Source of the DNA: an uncultured archaeon
GTDB taxonomy: Archaea; Asgardarchaeota; Lokiarchaeia; Sigyniarchaeales; SOKP01
Assembly: GCA_964583985.1 (NCBI GenBank)
Contig: CAZOYD010000030.1
Location: 1 to 39,678, forward strand
DNA: 39,678 bases
Direction of reading: 5' to 3'
Under the pieces are notes generated by a model. That model saw only the letters and a program-made list of their open reading frames with translations. It had not been told where the DNA came from and did no database searches. The first letter of the stretch is position 1; the number at the start of each line of letters is the position of its first letter. Below, in pieces: positions 9,020 to 19,454 of the stretch. A program made the translations under genes and the position numbers.

Positions 9020-11185
9020 TTAGTCACATTCCATTAAAAATACAACTTGATCCTTCTCTTTCTTAATATATCCTAGCTTACAAGCTTGATAAAAATGAGT
9101 ATGAAATTTTTGTTCTGTAATTTCCTCTTCTTTAGCTAATTCTTGAAATTCAGAATAGTTAATTTTCCCTTTTATATTATAAATCTTAGCTAAATTTACA
9201 AGAGTTTTCAAATTCTTGTTAAGATAGTTCTTACTTTTGCTTTTAACTTGCATATCTGTCTTATTTCCTTTCAAATTTGATACTTTTTTTTTTAGCTTGG
9301 TTCTATCTAATTTAACGAGATCTGAATAAAATGTTACTCCAAATTGCTTATATTTTCTATACAAATCACTCCTTTCAAATTCATCTATTTCATTAATAAT
9401 ATCCTCTATGGTTTTATCCGTTAAAGTTGCTTTTTCTTTTTCTCTTCTCTCCTTATAGTTTGTTAGAGAAAAAAACTTATTACTCTTTGTTAAGGATTTA
9501 TTGAAATCAATAGGTTCTCTCTTGAGATCTGTCCAAAGTTCTAGTTGTTCGGGATCTAACAATATTCTATTCATGGTACTCTCTTTGCGTAATGCTACTC
9601 CATAATATGGAATATCAACTGTACTCCGAGTGAGCATGATGTAGCATCTTCCTGGTGAATGCCTGCCAGTACGTCCTCTCCTCTGTATTAATCTGATTTC
9701 TGATGGAACAGGTTCATAAAAAATTATTGCGTCTATATTTGGAATGTCAAGACCTTCTTCTGCCACACTAGTTGCAACTAATACATTTATTAATCCCTCT
9801 CGAAACTGATCGATTATATCCATTTGTTTATTTTGAGAAAATCCATAATCTTCTGTTTTGGTAGATTGACCGATAAATTTTTCAACTATTAATTCTCCTT
9901 TAAATCTTTCATTCAATATGTGTTTAAGTTTCTCAGCCATTTCTCGATATTGAGTAAAAATTATTATCCTATCATTTTTGTATTCTCCATGTTCCTCATC
10001 TACAATTGAAATAACCTTATCGATTTTAGGATGATGAAGAAATTCATTTTCGTCTTGATTTAATTTCTCTACGATAAATTTGCAATGTTCCGAGTTTATG
10101 ATCCTTTTTGCCGAGAGAATTTCTTGCTCAGCTTTCCAATTTAAACGATCTAAAAATGATTTGAAAAGAGAAATATTCTGAGTTTCTACTAAATCTTTTC
10201 CATGAAGTAATGAAATGCAACTAGAGCAATATGAAAAAATACTTTGAATATTCAAGTCATTTTCTTTCACAATATCGATGATTTTTGGTGATTTATAGTA
10301 TAATGCTTCAAGATACTCTTCCTCACTCATTTCAAACGTATTACCATTTTCATATTTTAAAGAAATTGTTATGTCTCTTGATATTGCTAAAAATTCAAGT
10401 TTTGAATAATATGGTTTATTTGGAGGAATTAATTTCCGCTCGATGAAGAATTTAAGATAATTTTCAAATAAATTATACCATACTGCGCTAAGTTCAAGAA
10501 ATTTTAGGGGTAGATCAACGTATTCAAGGAATGTATCGATGTCGTATGTATATTTCATTACATCCTCATTAGAATATGTTTTAAACACAACCTTTTCAAT
10601 GAACAGATTGTCACATAATTGTTGAATATGACAATAATCTTTTCCTGGTGAAGCAGTCAATCCCAGAATTAAAGGATCTTGACAAGTATTGATATATTCA
10701 GGAGCAAGGTAATTATAAGCATAATTTCCTTTCGTTCGATGAGCTTCATCGAATATCAATAAGGATACATGTTCTAGACTATATCTTCCCCTCTCTACAT
10801 CGTTTTTTATTACTTGCGGAGTGGAAATGATGATTTGTGAAGATAAAAACAAATCAATTCTTCGTTCTGGGCTGATTTTACCCGTAAAAAAAACTACAGC
10901 TTCCTCATTAACAGCTAAAAATCTTAAGCAAGATTTAAAATGTTGTGTTACTAATGGTCTAGTAGGAGCAAGGATGATGATACGTGCTTTGGGATATTTT
11001 TCAAGTGCCTTCCTTATCAATAATATAGCGATTATCGTTTTCCCTAGTCCTGTGGGTAAAACTACTAATGAATTTTTATTATTACATTGATTTACGATAT
11101 TTTCTTGATATTGTCGATAGAGTAAGCGGTTCTCTTTTAAAAAAGCACCGTTAAAATACTCTACCTTATCAGATGTCATGTGCAA
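9020..11185 (-). CDS. hef: Hef/FANCM/Mph1-family DEAH helicase with no recognisable ERCC4 nuclease domain
   Basis: YRQYQ, LPTGLGKT, LAPTRPLVTQH, FDEAHR, GLTASPG, IIFTQYR, ATSVAEEGLDIP, YEPVPSEIRLIQRRGRTGR. Confidence 0.88.
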   Translation of the reverse strand: MHMTSDKVEYFNGAFLKENRLLYRQYQENIVNQCNNKNSLVVLPTGLGKTIIAILLIRKALEKYPKARIIILAPTRPLVTQHFKSCLRFLAVNEEAVVFFTGKISPERRIDLFLSSQIIISTPQVIKNDVERGRYSLEHVSLLIFDEAHRTKGNYAYNYLAPEYINTCQDPLILGLTASPGKDYCHIQQLCDNLFIEKVVFKTYSNEDVMKYTYDIDTFLEYVDLPLKFLELSAVWYNLFENYLKFFIERKLIPPNKPYYSKLEFLAISRDITISLKYENGNTFEMSEEEYLEALYYKSPKIIDIVKENDLNIQSIFSYCSSCISLLHGKDLVETQNISLFKSFLDRLNWKAEQEILSAKRIINSEHCKFIVEKLNQDENEFLHHPKIDKVISIVDEEHGEYKNDRIIIFTQYREMAEKLKHILNERFKGELIVEKFIGQSTKTEDYGFSQNKQMDIIDQFREGLINVLVATSVAEEGLDIPNIDAIIFYEPVPSEIRLIQRRGRTGRHSPGRCYIMLTRSTVDIPYYGVALRKESTMNRILLDPEQLELWTDLKREPIDFNKSLTKSNKFFSLTNYKERREKEKATLTDKTIEDIINEIDEFERSDLYRKYKQFGVTFYSDLVKLDRTKLKKKVSNLKGNKTDMQVKSKSKNYLNKNLKTLVNLAKIYNIKGKINYSEFQELAKEEEITEQKFHTHFYQACKLGYIKKEKDQVVFLMECD

Positions 11186-11430
11186 GATATTATTTCATGG
11201 TGTAGCTTTTAAATTCCATAAGTCTAAAGAATTATTAAAATTCAAGCGGTGCTATTAAATCAGAATATTTATTAACACGATTAAATTCTTGATTTCTTTA
11301 TTTATAACTGAAAATATTTTTTCAATATTTAAATGATAATTTTAAACTCGAGAAGGATTAAAGTATATAAATCATCAAGTTGAGAATTAAATAACATTTT
11401 TTTTGTTTTAATACATGATCATATATAATT

Positions 11431-12849
11431 ATGACTGAACAAAACAATAGATTAATTGAGGAAAAAGTACCAACACGCTCCAAATTAGCATTTGGAGGAG
11501 CTGTTTTTGCCAGTGGAATACTTTCAGGTTTAGGGTTAGGACCAATAACCTATTATTACAATATAACATTAGGTTTAAACGGATATTTAGTGGGTTTAGC
11601 TTGGATAATATTTATCATATGGAACTCATTAAACGATCCATTATTTGGATTTTTGGAAGATCGAACTAAATCAAAGAAATATGGACGAAGAATTCCATAC
11701 ATTCGATTTGGAGCGCCAGTTTATTCGATATTGTTTTTGTTTTGTTGGTTTCCGCTCGTTGATATCAACAATGAGATAGCCCTGTTTTTCAATTTTCTAA
11801 TTATTCTTTTTGCTTTTGATACGATCTTTACCATAATTGGTCTTATCACGTATTCTCTACCAGCAGAAATGGCAATATCGTCGAAATCTCGGGCAGGAAT
11901 TATGGTTTTCAGCTCAATCTTTAGTGGTTTAGCGCTTCTAATAACTTTTTTACTACCTACTCTCTTGTTAACAGGTGAATCTTCTCCACCTGTTGAAGTT
12001 TTCTTGACAACCATGGTAATTATCGGCATAATCTGTGGCATTATTTTGTTTATTAGTAGTTATTTCCTAAAGGAAAATAAATACACACAGCTTGAAGAAC
12101 CGTTAGGGTATTGGAAAAGTTTGATTGAAACTTTTAAAAATAAATCTTTTTTGATTTTTGAAGCTTCAAATTTCTGTTTCACGATTGCACAATACATTCT
12201 TACAACTTCCGTATTCTATTACATTGGTTTCGTTTTAAGGGCTGAGGGAATATTATCAATGTTGCCGCTATTAATCTTTTTTGTCGTAATTTTTGCGTTC
12301 ACTGTTGTCTACAACAAAATTTTGGGTAAATACGATTTAAAAAAAGTATTCTTTCTGATCTTGTTAATGACAGGGTTAAGTTTCATTGTATTCTTCTTCA
12401 TAGGATGGGATTTTACTACTGCAATTCTCGGATTGATTCTTTTAGGAATTGGTTTTTCAGGATATTTTATGACCGGACAATTAATGATAGCTGATGTTAT
12501 TGATTACGATGAGATACGTACGAAAAAGCGTCGCGAAACGAGTTATTCTGGTGTCAACGCGTTATTAACTAAGCCTGCTGTATCAATTGCTCCTTGGCTT
12601 TTCTTGACAATCATCGCATTCTTTGGTTTTGATAATGAAGCACCAACTCAAACGCCATTCGCTCAATTAGGTATAATGATTGGTTTTACAATAATACCTG
12701 CGATTTTTATTCTTCTTGCTGCTCTTTTTATTACATTTTTCCCTTTAAGTGGTCCAAAATGGAAAGAACAGAAGAGAGAGATCCAAAGAATTCACGCTGA
12801 GAAAGAAAAAGCTTATTTAAAGTATCTAAATGAGGAAGGTAAGATTTAG
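11431..12849 (+). CDS. MFS transporter, GPH (MelB-like) glycoside:cation symporter family
   Basis: WNSLNDPLFGFLEDRT...YGRRIPY and IADVIDYDE...RRE motifs; about 12 hydrophobic segments. Confidence 0.92.
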   Translation: MTEQNNRLIEEKVPTRSKLAFGGAVFASGILSGLGLGPITYYYNITLGLNGYLVGLAWIIFIIWNSLNDPLFGFLEDRTKSKKYGRRIPYIRFGAPVYSILFLFCWFPLVDINNEIALFFNFLIILFAFDTIFTIIGLITYSLPAEMAISSKSRAGIMVFSSIFSGLALLITFLLPTLLLTGESSPPVEVFLTTMVIIGIICGIILFISSYFLKENKYTQLEEPLGYWKSLIETFKNKSFLIFEASNFCFTIAQYILTTSVFYYIGFVLRAEGILSMLPLLIFFVVIFAFTVVYNKILGKYDLKKVFFLILLMTGLSFIVFFFIGWDFTTAILGLILLGIGFSGYFMTGQLMIADVIDYDEIRTKKRRETSYSGVNALLTKPAVSIAPWLFLTIIAFFGFDNEAPTQTPFAQLGIMIGFTIIPAIFILLAALFITFFPLSGPKWKEQKREIQRIHAEKEKAYLKYLNEEGKI

Positions 12850-12905
12850 GGAGAAATTATTACCTTTTTTTTATTTTTTTTTAACATTACTTATAGAGAA
12901 GTTTT

Positions 12906-14288
12906 TTAACTTTCAAACCGAGGGATCCATTGTTTTTCAGCATCAAACAGATCATCTACCATTTCTCTGATTTCTTTTGGTGAGCACACACTTGCAGTAT
13001 TAGGATCAAGCAAAACGGCATGATATACTTTTTCTCTATCTAATTCAAGAGCTCCTTCTACAGCAGCTTTTTGAACCATGATGTTTGAATTACATAACGC
13101 TTGACAAACAGTCGGTAATGCAAGACCTCCTTGGGGATGAATTCCACGATTATCGGCATAAGTATGTACCTCAACACAGCAATTTTTCGGTAAATTTGTG
13201 ATTAGCCCTCCATCTTTATTAATGACATTTCCATGGAATTTAAAGGGCTGATTTGTTTCCATTGATCCTATTATGTGTGAAATATATTCATCTGAGGGAT
13301 TGTTTTTTAATTTTAATTTACTTCTTTTTATCTTTTTTTCTATACTAGATTCTTGCAATCCAGCTTGTGCACTATCTAGATCATATGTAAATCCATGCGT
13401 TAACATGCCGTATTTTTCTCCCGGAGTTTTATACATTTCTAATAATTCTTCTCTTTTTCTATAATATGGAACGTATTCGCTAAGATGACGTGTTTCTTCA
13501 GTCATAAAGAAACCTGTCGCCTCCATCATATCCCATCGCACGCGTTCATTTTTAATCATCTCGGGATTTTCCCTGTATTTTTGATAAAGTAATGGATACG
13601 CATTTTTCCATTCTGCATTCGGATCTTTGAGTTCCTTATACAAAATTTGGAGAAACCACGCCATGTGATTGATTCCATAACAAGTAAAGGTAAAATTTTC
13701 CGGTTTAGCTCCAATCCACTGACGTAAAACCCCCGCAGTATGCTGCACTCCGTGACAGAGTCCAACTGTCGAATCAGGCACGATTGTATTGCAAAACCAA
13801 GTATTCATCGCCATTGGATTGGCATAATTCAATAAAATAGGTTTTAAGCCATCATTATCACAATTATATCCTACTTCTTGCATTAAAATAACTATCTCCT
13901 TTAACACGGAAGATGCACGAAGAAACCGAAACACTCCACCAGGTCCAATAGTGTCACCAACACATTGAGTTACTCCATATTTTAATGGAATATCCAAATC
14001 AAATTTATACGCTTCCAATCCTCCAACATGAATTGAACAAATGACATATTTTGCATCTTTTATTGCTGTTTTCAAATCCGTGGACTTTTCAAAATGAACA
14101 TGTTCCAGTTTCTCTGGATATAACTCTTTATATTTTATCATTAGACGATACATTAAATCCAAACGAATAGGATCTATATCTTCCAAACAAATTGTTATAT
14201 CTTGCGTGAGAAGAGGATGCGTGATGATATCTGTAAGAACATTCTGCCCAAATACAACGCTTCCAGCGCCTATAAACGCAATTTTCAT
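12906..14288 (-). CDS. Glycoside hydrolase family 4 (NAD+/Mn2+-dependent alpha-galactosidase/glucosidase, MelA-like)
   Basis: KIAFIGAGS, QCVGDTIGPGG, NYANPM, GLCHG, GINH, HLSEYVP, LLDP motifs. Confidence 0.92.
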   Translation of the reverse strand: MKIAFIGAGSVVFGQNVLTDIITHPLLTQDITICLEDIDPIRLDLMYRLMIKYKELYPEKLEHVHFEKSTDLKTAIKDAKYVICSIHVGGLEAYKFDLDIPLKYGVTQCVGDTIGPGGVFRFLRASSVLKEIVILMQEVGYNCDNDGLKPILLNYANPMAMNTWFCNTIVPDSTVGLCHGVQHTAGVLRQWIGAKPENFTFTCYGINHMAWFLQILYKELKDPNAEWKNAYPLLYQKYRENPEMIKNERVRWDMMEATGFFMTEETRHLSEYVPYYRKREELLEMYKTPGEKYGMLTHGFTYDLDSAQAGLQESSIEKKIKRSKLKLKNNPSDEYISHIIGSMETNQPFKFHGNVINKDGGLITNLPKNCCVEVHTYADNRGIHPQGGLALPTVCQALCNSNIMVQKAAVEGALELDREKVYHAVLLDPNTASVCSPKEIREMVDDLFDAEKQWIPRFES

Positions 14289-14356
14289 TAATTTCCCCTT
14301 TTTTAAAACTTTAAATGTATTTAATCTGAATTATAGAAATAAATTAAAGCCATTAA

Positions 14357-15376
14357 TTATATTTTATCGGAAGGAAAAAATTTGATGACTCTATCTTCTT
14401 CAATACGTCTCACTTGATTATCCTTCTCTAACATTTTTAGAGTCAAGCATACCCATCCCCGAGCTATCTCACGCAACATCCGTTTTTCATTGGGATATAT
14501 AATTTGAATAATTTCAGAAGGAGAAATTCCCATTTCTGAATGCTCCTGAACAATTTGCATCAATTGACGTGTTCTATCTTCTCGGTGATTTAAGATTTCT
14601 TCAATTCTTTCTTTCGGATTTTCGATTACATCACCATGAGCGGGTAATATTACCTTGAGGTTTGGTAGTGAATGAATGATTTCAAGTGAATGCACGTATT
14701 CTTTAATATCACAATTTGGTGGTCCAAGCCAAGTAGTTATGGATTTCAAGATGTTATCTCCGGATAATAAAATGCCTTTTTTTTCATTATATAATGATAC
14801 GTGATCAATGGCATGACCGGGTGTAGGAAATAGGTGCCATTCTTCACCATTACTTTCAATTGTGCAATCTTCTTCGATAAGTTCATCGGGTTTGCTAAGG
14901 TATGAGAGTCCATAGATACGCTTATATAAGAAACGCATAAAAACCAATTCAAAAAAATCCCGGAGTCTCTTACTCAAGCCTTTCTTTAAGATAAAATAAT
15001 CATTATATCCATCAGCGCTGAAGGATTTCATAAAACCCTTTTTATTTTTAACAATCTCAGCCATTTTTTTAGTTAGAAGTATCTTTGCACCGGTTTTCTT
15101 TCTGATTTGCATTAAACCAGAGAAATGATCCGGGTGACAGTGACTAGGAATGACACGGGTGATTGAAAATTCTTGATCCCGTGATTTAAAATAATTTGCT
15201 ACTAGTTCCACTTCTTTTATAAAATGCTTGATTGCTCCCTTATTTCCAAATCCAGCATCAAAAATCAACCCATCTTTACCAGCAATAATGTAAATATTTA
15301 TAGTGGGTTTGATGTTTCCAAATGACCCCCTTTCTCTAATGAGAAAAATATTCGGATAGATCTCTTTCATGTTCAC
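14357..15376 (-). CDS. Metallo-beta-lactamase-fold hydrolase with probable C-terminal winged helix
   Basis: SHCHPDH, TPGHAIDH, SGDNIL, PAHG metal-binding motifs. Confidence 0.9.
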   Translation of the reverse strand: MNMKEIYPNIFLIRERGSFGNIKPTINIYIIAGKDGLIFDAGFGNKGAIKHFIKEVELVANYFKSRDQEFSITRVIPSHCHPDHFSGLMQIRKKTGAKILLTKKMAEIVKNKKGFMKSFSADGYNDYFILKKGLSKRLRDFFELVFMRFLYKRIYGLSYLSKPDELIEEDCTIESNGEEWHLFPTPGHAIDHVSLYNEKKGILLSGDNILKSITTWLGPPNCDIKEYVHSLEIIHSLPNLKVILPAHGDVIENPKERIEEILNHREDRTRQLMQIVQEHSEMGISPSEIIQIIYPNEKRMLREIARGWVCLTLKMLEKDNQVRRIEEDRVIKFFPSDKI

Positions 15377-15396
15377 TAATCATTTACAGGTTTTTA

Positions 15397-16023
15397 TTAG
15401 ATATTAATTTCAAGTTTCTCTTGTCTTTTCTTCTCAATTCTATTCGCATTCTTTAAAACAAAGTAGCTAATTAGCGTTCCTACCATAAAAGGGATTAGTA
15501 TTTGAAGCCAAATGAGGTTAATTGGCAGGAGATAAGTAGGAGGTTCGTGTTGGGGGTTAGATGGAAGAGTTCTTAGATAATATGAAAAGGCGGAGGTAAT
15601 CCACGTAAATGCCCACGCGATAAATGTTGCGATACCTAACCATTTTCCTTTTCTATAGACTGAAGGCTTTTTAAAATAGGAAATATAGGTTTTCCATATA
15701 ATTATAACCATCACCGCAAAACTGGGCCATACATGAATAAAAAAACTCGGATCTGATCCTTCAAAGGGAGGAATGTTAAAAAAGATGGCTCCTATAAATC
15801 CTGTAAGTCCCGCAAATAGTCCAAGAAAATATAGTGTTGTTGCAAACCCACCAAAAGCACGATGAGACCGAAATAAGATATCATTTGTTTTAATCATCGA
15901 GATTTTTTTACGATATATTGCACCGTATGCGCCAGTGAATACTTGGACTGTTGCACATAAACATCCTAACATCGTAATAATCGTATTAAATTCTGCGACA
16001 CTATATGTTGATCCAACCAACAA
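15397..16023 (-). CDS. Uncharacterised multi-pass membrane protein
   Basis: About five hydrophobic segments, His in RSHRAFG and FIHVW; TTG start; co-oriented with the downstream MBL gene. Confidence 0.75.
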   Translation of the reverse strand: MLVGSTYSVAEFNTIITMLGCLCATVQVFTGAYGAIYRKKISMIKTNDILFRSHRAFGGFATTLYFLGLFAGLTGFIGAIFFNIPPFEGSDPSFFIHVWPSFAVMVIIIWKTYISYFKKPSVYRKGKWLGIATFIAWAFTWITSAFSYYLRTLPSNPQHEPPTYLLPINLIWLQILIPFMVGTLISYFVLKNANRIEKKRQEKLEINI

Positions 16024-16133
16024 CTTTCAACTCGGTGATTATTCCTTTACTTAATTAATTTGATATTACTTAAGATTAAAATTTTATCATGAAGAAATAG
16101 ATTTTTTTTTGATATTTACTTAATCCATATTAA

Positions 16134-16718
16134 ATGAAAAAAACTGTGTTAAAAAAGTTTCCTACAATAGCTTGTTGTGGTATTGATTGTGGATTATGCC
16201 CAACATATTATACAAAAGGACCATCTAAATGTCCCGGTTGCGGTGGTCCCAACTTTTCCAGCAAACACCCTTCTTGCTCTATTTTGACTTGCTGTACAAA
16301 AAATTATGGTTTTGAAACCTGCGCTGACTGTAATTTATATCCTTGTGAAAAATTAAATAACTGGGACAAAATTGATTCGTTTGTTACTCATAAAGCAAGT
16401 CTCCAAAATTTGTATGATATCAAGCAAAATGGAATGAAAAATTTCATTGAACAACAAAAATCAAGAATTAAAATATTGGAGATTTTACTAAATTCATTTA
16501 ATGATGGAAGATCAAAAAAAAATTTCTGTATTGCAACAGCTTTATTATCACTAGATGACTTAAACGACTGTATTAATAAAATCATAATATTAATGGAAGA
16601 GCAGGATATCGGTCATAATAACATTAAATCTAAAGCGAATTTAATGAGGGATTTGTTGACTAACTATGCGCAGAATAATAATTTAGAATTAGAATTACGC
16701 ACATATTCAAAAAAATAA
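16134..16718 (+). CDS. Cys-rich DUF3795-like protein
   Basis: IACCGIDCGLCP...CPGC...CSILTCC...TCADC...PC pattern. Confidence 0.8.
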   Translation: MKKTVLKKFPTIACCGIDCGLCPTYYTKGPSKCPGCGGPNFSSKHPSCSILTCCTKNYGFETCADCNLYPCEKLNNWDKIDSFVTHKASLQNLYDIKQNGMKNFIEQQKSRIKILEILLNSFNDGRSKKNFCIATALLSLDDLNDCINKIIILMEEQDIGHNNIKSKANLMRDLLTNYAQNNNLELELRTYSKK

Positions 16719-16770
16719 TTCATATTCCTTTTTTCATCAGCTACAATGCTTTTCCATTTCCAAATAATAA

Positions 16771-17823
16771 TTAATTGAGCCAAGGAAATAAGATCTGGTT
16801 AATACGGAGGGTTCCCATTACAGATATGACCCATCCAATCAATATTGAAATAAAGAACAAGTACCAAGCTACCTTTGATATTCTTTGATGGTAATAGTGA
16901 ATTCTTGTTCTTTTTGAAAAACCAGAAATTCCTCCCAGCACGAGAATTGAAATCGTTATCAATCCAAATATCCCGTGAATTGAATAAAAAACACCCCCTT
17001 TAAGAATTATAGTGATATAAACCCAATACATAAAAGAAATAAGTGAAAAGGAGATAAATGAAAGAGAAAAAATTAAGTGAAACTGTCTGTTCAAAAATTC
17101 GGGGAGTGTTTTATAGCGATCAGATTGAGGAATGGATTTTTGGCCAGAAATGTAAGCTAAGCCTCCCAAAATAAATGCAAAGCAAAATAGATATGCATGT
17201 GTTATCCAGAATGTGAAATTTGTTCGCATCGCATTATCACTCCATCCCCTTGATTCCCAAAATCCAATATAATCATATTCTACTGCCTCAATTTTAACAA
17301 TCCATTTAACCCATTTATATCCATAATGATCCGGACAGACTAATCGTATTGGAAAACCATGAGCAGGAGGTAAATCCACTCCATTCATTTTAAATGCTAG
17401 AAGAATGTTATCTGCTGAAGCTTCAATGATATTTAATGAGTCAGAATAAGAATCAGCCGCATAAAATAATAAATCTTTTGCGGTTATTAATAATCCAGCC
17501 ATTTCTAGAACATCCACTAAAGGTATTCCTTCCCATTCTGCCGTACCAAAAGGTCCATCAACACATTCTAAAGTTGCGACTAATTTTACAGATTCCATCT
17601 GTGTAAGATTTTCATAATTAAATATTAATTCATTCTCGACAGCTCCAGTAATTGTAAGTTTCCAATCATCTTTTTCGATCTTTGGAATTTCTCCGATTTC
17701 CAATTCAAAAAAAGTTTCATTCGGTGTGATAATGGCTCTCGATAAATGAATTAAACCTACCGAAATTAAAGGAATTGTTAGGAGGAAAATTAACCCAATA
17801 AAATATAATATAGGTTGTCTCAT
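16771..17823 (-). CDS. Molybdopterin-dependent oxidoreductase (sulfite oxidase/MsrP family) fused to a 4-TM His-containing domain
   Basis: WKLTITG, TLECV, AEWEGIPL, MNGVDLPPAHGFPIRL, YGYKWVKW, GFWESRGW; N-terminal TM; four C-terminal TM helices, each with a His in or next to it. Confidence 0.88.
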   Translation of the reverse strand: MRQPILYFIGLIFLLTIPLISVGLIHLSRAIITPNETFFELEIGEIPKIEKDDWKLTITGAVENELIFNYENLTQMESVKLVATLECVDGPFGTAEWEGIPLVDVLEMAGLLITAKDLLFYAADSYSDSLNIIEASADNILLAFKMNGVDLPPAHGFPIRLVCPDHYGYKWVKWIVKIEAVEYDYIGFWESRGWSDNAMRTNFTFWITHAYLFCFAFILGGLAYISGQKSIPQSDRYKTLPEFLNRQFHLIFSLSFISFSLISFMYWVYITIILKGGVFYSIHGIFGLITISILVLGGISGFSKRTRIHYYHQRISKVAWYLFFISILIGWVISVMGTLRINQILFPWLN

Positions 17824-17993
17824 TATCTCGGATCGATATAAATTATCAATTTAAAATTATAACAATTGAAGAAAATAATGAATTTAAAGGTCTTTATTAT
17901 TATTATAAGGTTGTCAATCCTCGAGGAAGATCTATATAGTTATTCAGTTGGAATGCATTTTGTGTTCCTTTTTTTTAAACCTCTTTTTATCAC

Positions 17994-18302
17994 TTATATT
18001 TTTAAAAATATGCTTTTTATTCTCTTTAACATCGATTTTTCAGCACCATATGACAGTCCTACTAATCCAGACTTACCTCCAGCAACAACAATAACAACTT
18101 GAAATTGATTTTCGTTAATCTGTTCAATAATTATCGTCACCGCTAAATTAGATTCAATTCTAAAGTAGAATTTTTCAGCAATAAGAACAATTACCTTACC
18201 ATCCTTATCCTTATATCGGGATAAATTATCTACTTCACGGTTAATGCCTGCTATTATATCATCTAAATTTACATTGTTAATCATGAATTTATCATTTTCC
18301 AT
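17994..18302 (-). CDS. Small conserved hypothetical protein (DUF6054-like)
   Basis: EKFYFRIESNLAVTII...VAGGKSG...GAE pattern. Confidence 0.7.
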   Translation of the reverse strand: MENDKFMINNVNLDDIIAGINREVDNLSRYKDKDGKVIVLIAEKFYFRIESNLAVTIIIEQINENQFQVVIVVAGGKSGLVGLSYGAEKSMLKRIKSIFLKI

Positions 18303-18646
18303 TTTTAGCGACCCCTTGTTTGGATTAATGTACTTATTTGATAATATTTAGTATTATCACTCGATCTTTAAAATTTTACAAATAATTTTTTTTTTATGTT
18401 TAATAGAAAAATCCTTATTTAGCATATTTAAGTAGTAGAATCGTTAACTATTCTTATTTCTCGGTTACTTTGCTTTCTTATTTCTAATATATAACTATAT
18501 TTTAATAGACAGAACATAGTTTTTTTGTTACTTTCTTCCGTTTGGGTATTTAAATTTCAAACCTAAATTTCATTAAAAATAAGAAAATAGAAAAATAATT
18601 TACAAGATAAAAATAGAAAAAAAAAAATTAAAATTCTCCCATTGGA

Positions 18647-18859
18647 TTATTTGAAGTATTTAATCGCTAAGAGAATGTCGTCCTTTGTTATCTTCTTTCT
18701 TTTTGCATGTTTGGTTAGTCCTAATGCGGTTTTGGTGATTTTTTCAGCAGATTGACTCATCCAATCAACTAATTCATCAACTGCATCTCGAGCTACGATT
18801 AATGCACCGTTGTGTTTCATTAACCGTCTAATAGGACTCCAACTAATATATTCAGCCAT
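18647..18859 (-). CDS. Archaeal histone (HMf-like fold), 70 aa
   Basis: PIRRLMK...VARDAV...HAKRKKITKDDI histone-fold signature; GGAGG RBS upstream of ATG 18859 supports this start over 18880. Confidence 0.93.
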   Translation of the reverse strand: MAEYISWSPIRRLMKHNGALIVARDAVDELVDWMSQSAEKITKTALGLTKHAKRKKITKDDILLAIKYFK

Positions 18860-18928
18860 ACTGATCATTTTCCTCCACAATTATAATTTTTAATAATTTT
18901 GTTGTTATATAAGCTATGATCAACCATT

Positions 18929-18939
18929 TATTTAAAGAT
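18929..18939 (-). promoter_or_regulatory. Probable TATA box of histone copy 1
   Basis: ATCTTTAAATA on the minus strand, exactly conserved upstream of copy 2 while the surrounding spacer has diverged. Confidence 0.55.
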
Positions 18940-19241
18940 ACTGTTTCTTGAAATAATCTGAAACGAAAGAAGTGAAAAAAATCTGTCGATAAAATTCAAA
19001 TTTGATTAATTGGTTCATTTAGAGCAAGTTTAAATCTTTTTACCATATTTAATATTTCTTTAAAATTTGCGGCGTTTAAAAGAAAAAAATTAAAATTTGA
19101 AATAACAGACTTAAACCCTCAGAATTTTAAAACGTTAGCAGCTAAAAAATAAAAAAATGAAATGAAAGGTATTCACTAGTATACAAAATAATTTATAATA
19201 AACAATAAAAATAAAATTAAAAAAAAAATTCTCCCATTGGA

Positions 19242-19454
19242 TTATTTGAAGTATTTAATCGCTAAGAGAATGTCGTCCTTTGTTATCTTCTTTCTTTTTG
19301 CATGTTTGGTTAGTCCTAATGCGGTTTTGGTGATTTTTTCAGCAGATTGACTCATCCAATCAACTAATTCATCAACTGCATCTCTAGCAACGATTATTGC
19401 ACCATTGTGTTTCATTAACCGTCTAATAGGACTCCAACTTATATATTCAGCCAT
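19242..19454 (-). CDS. Archaeal histone, tandem paralog, 70 aa
   Basis: Identical to the neighbouring histone except one Leu/Ile change; same GGAGG RBS. Confidence 0.93.
   Translation of the reverse strand: MAEYISWSPIRRLMKHNGAIIVARDAVDELVDWMSQSAEKITKTALGLTKHAKRKKITKDDILLAIKYFK

Noticed and set aside
18860-18880. N-terminal histone tail (MWRKMIS / MWRKTIN)
   Set aside because: The extension starts at TTG and spans the GGAGG RBS; the real start is most likely MAEY, so there is no eukaryote-like tail.
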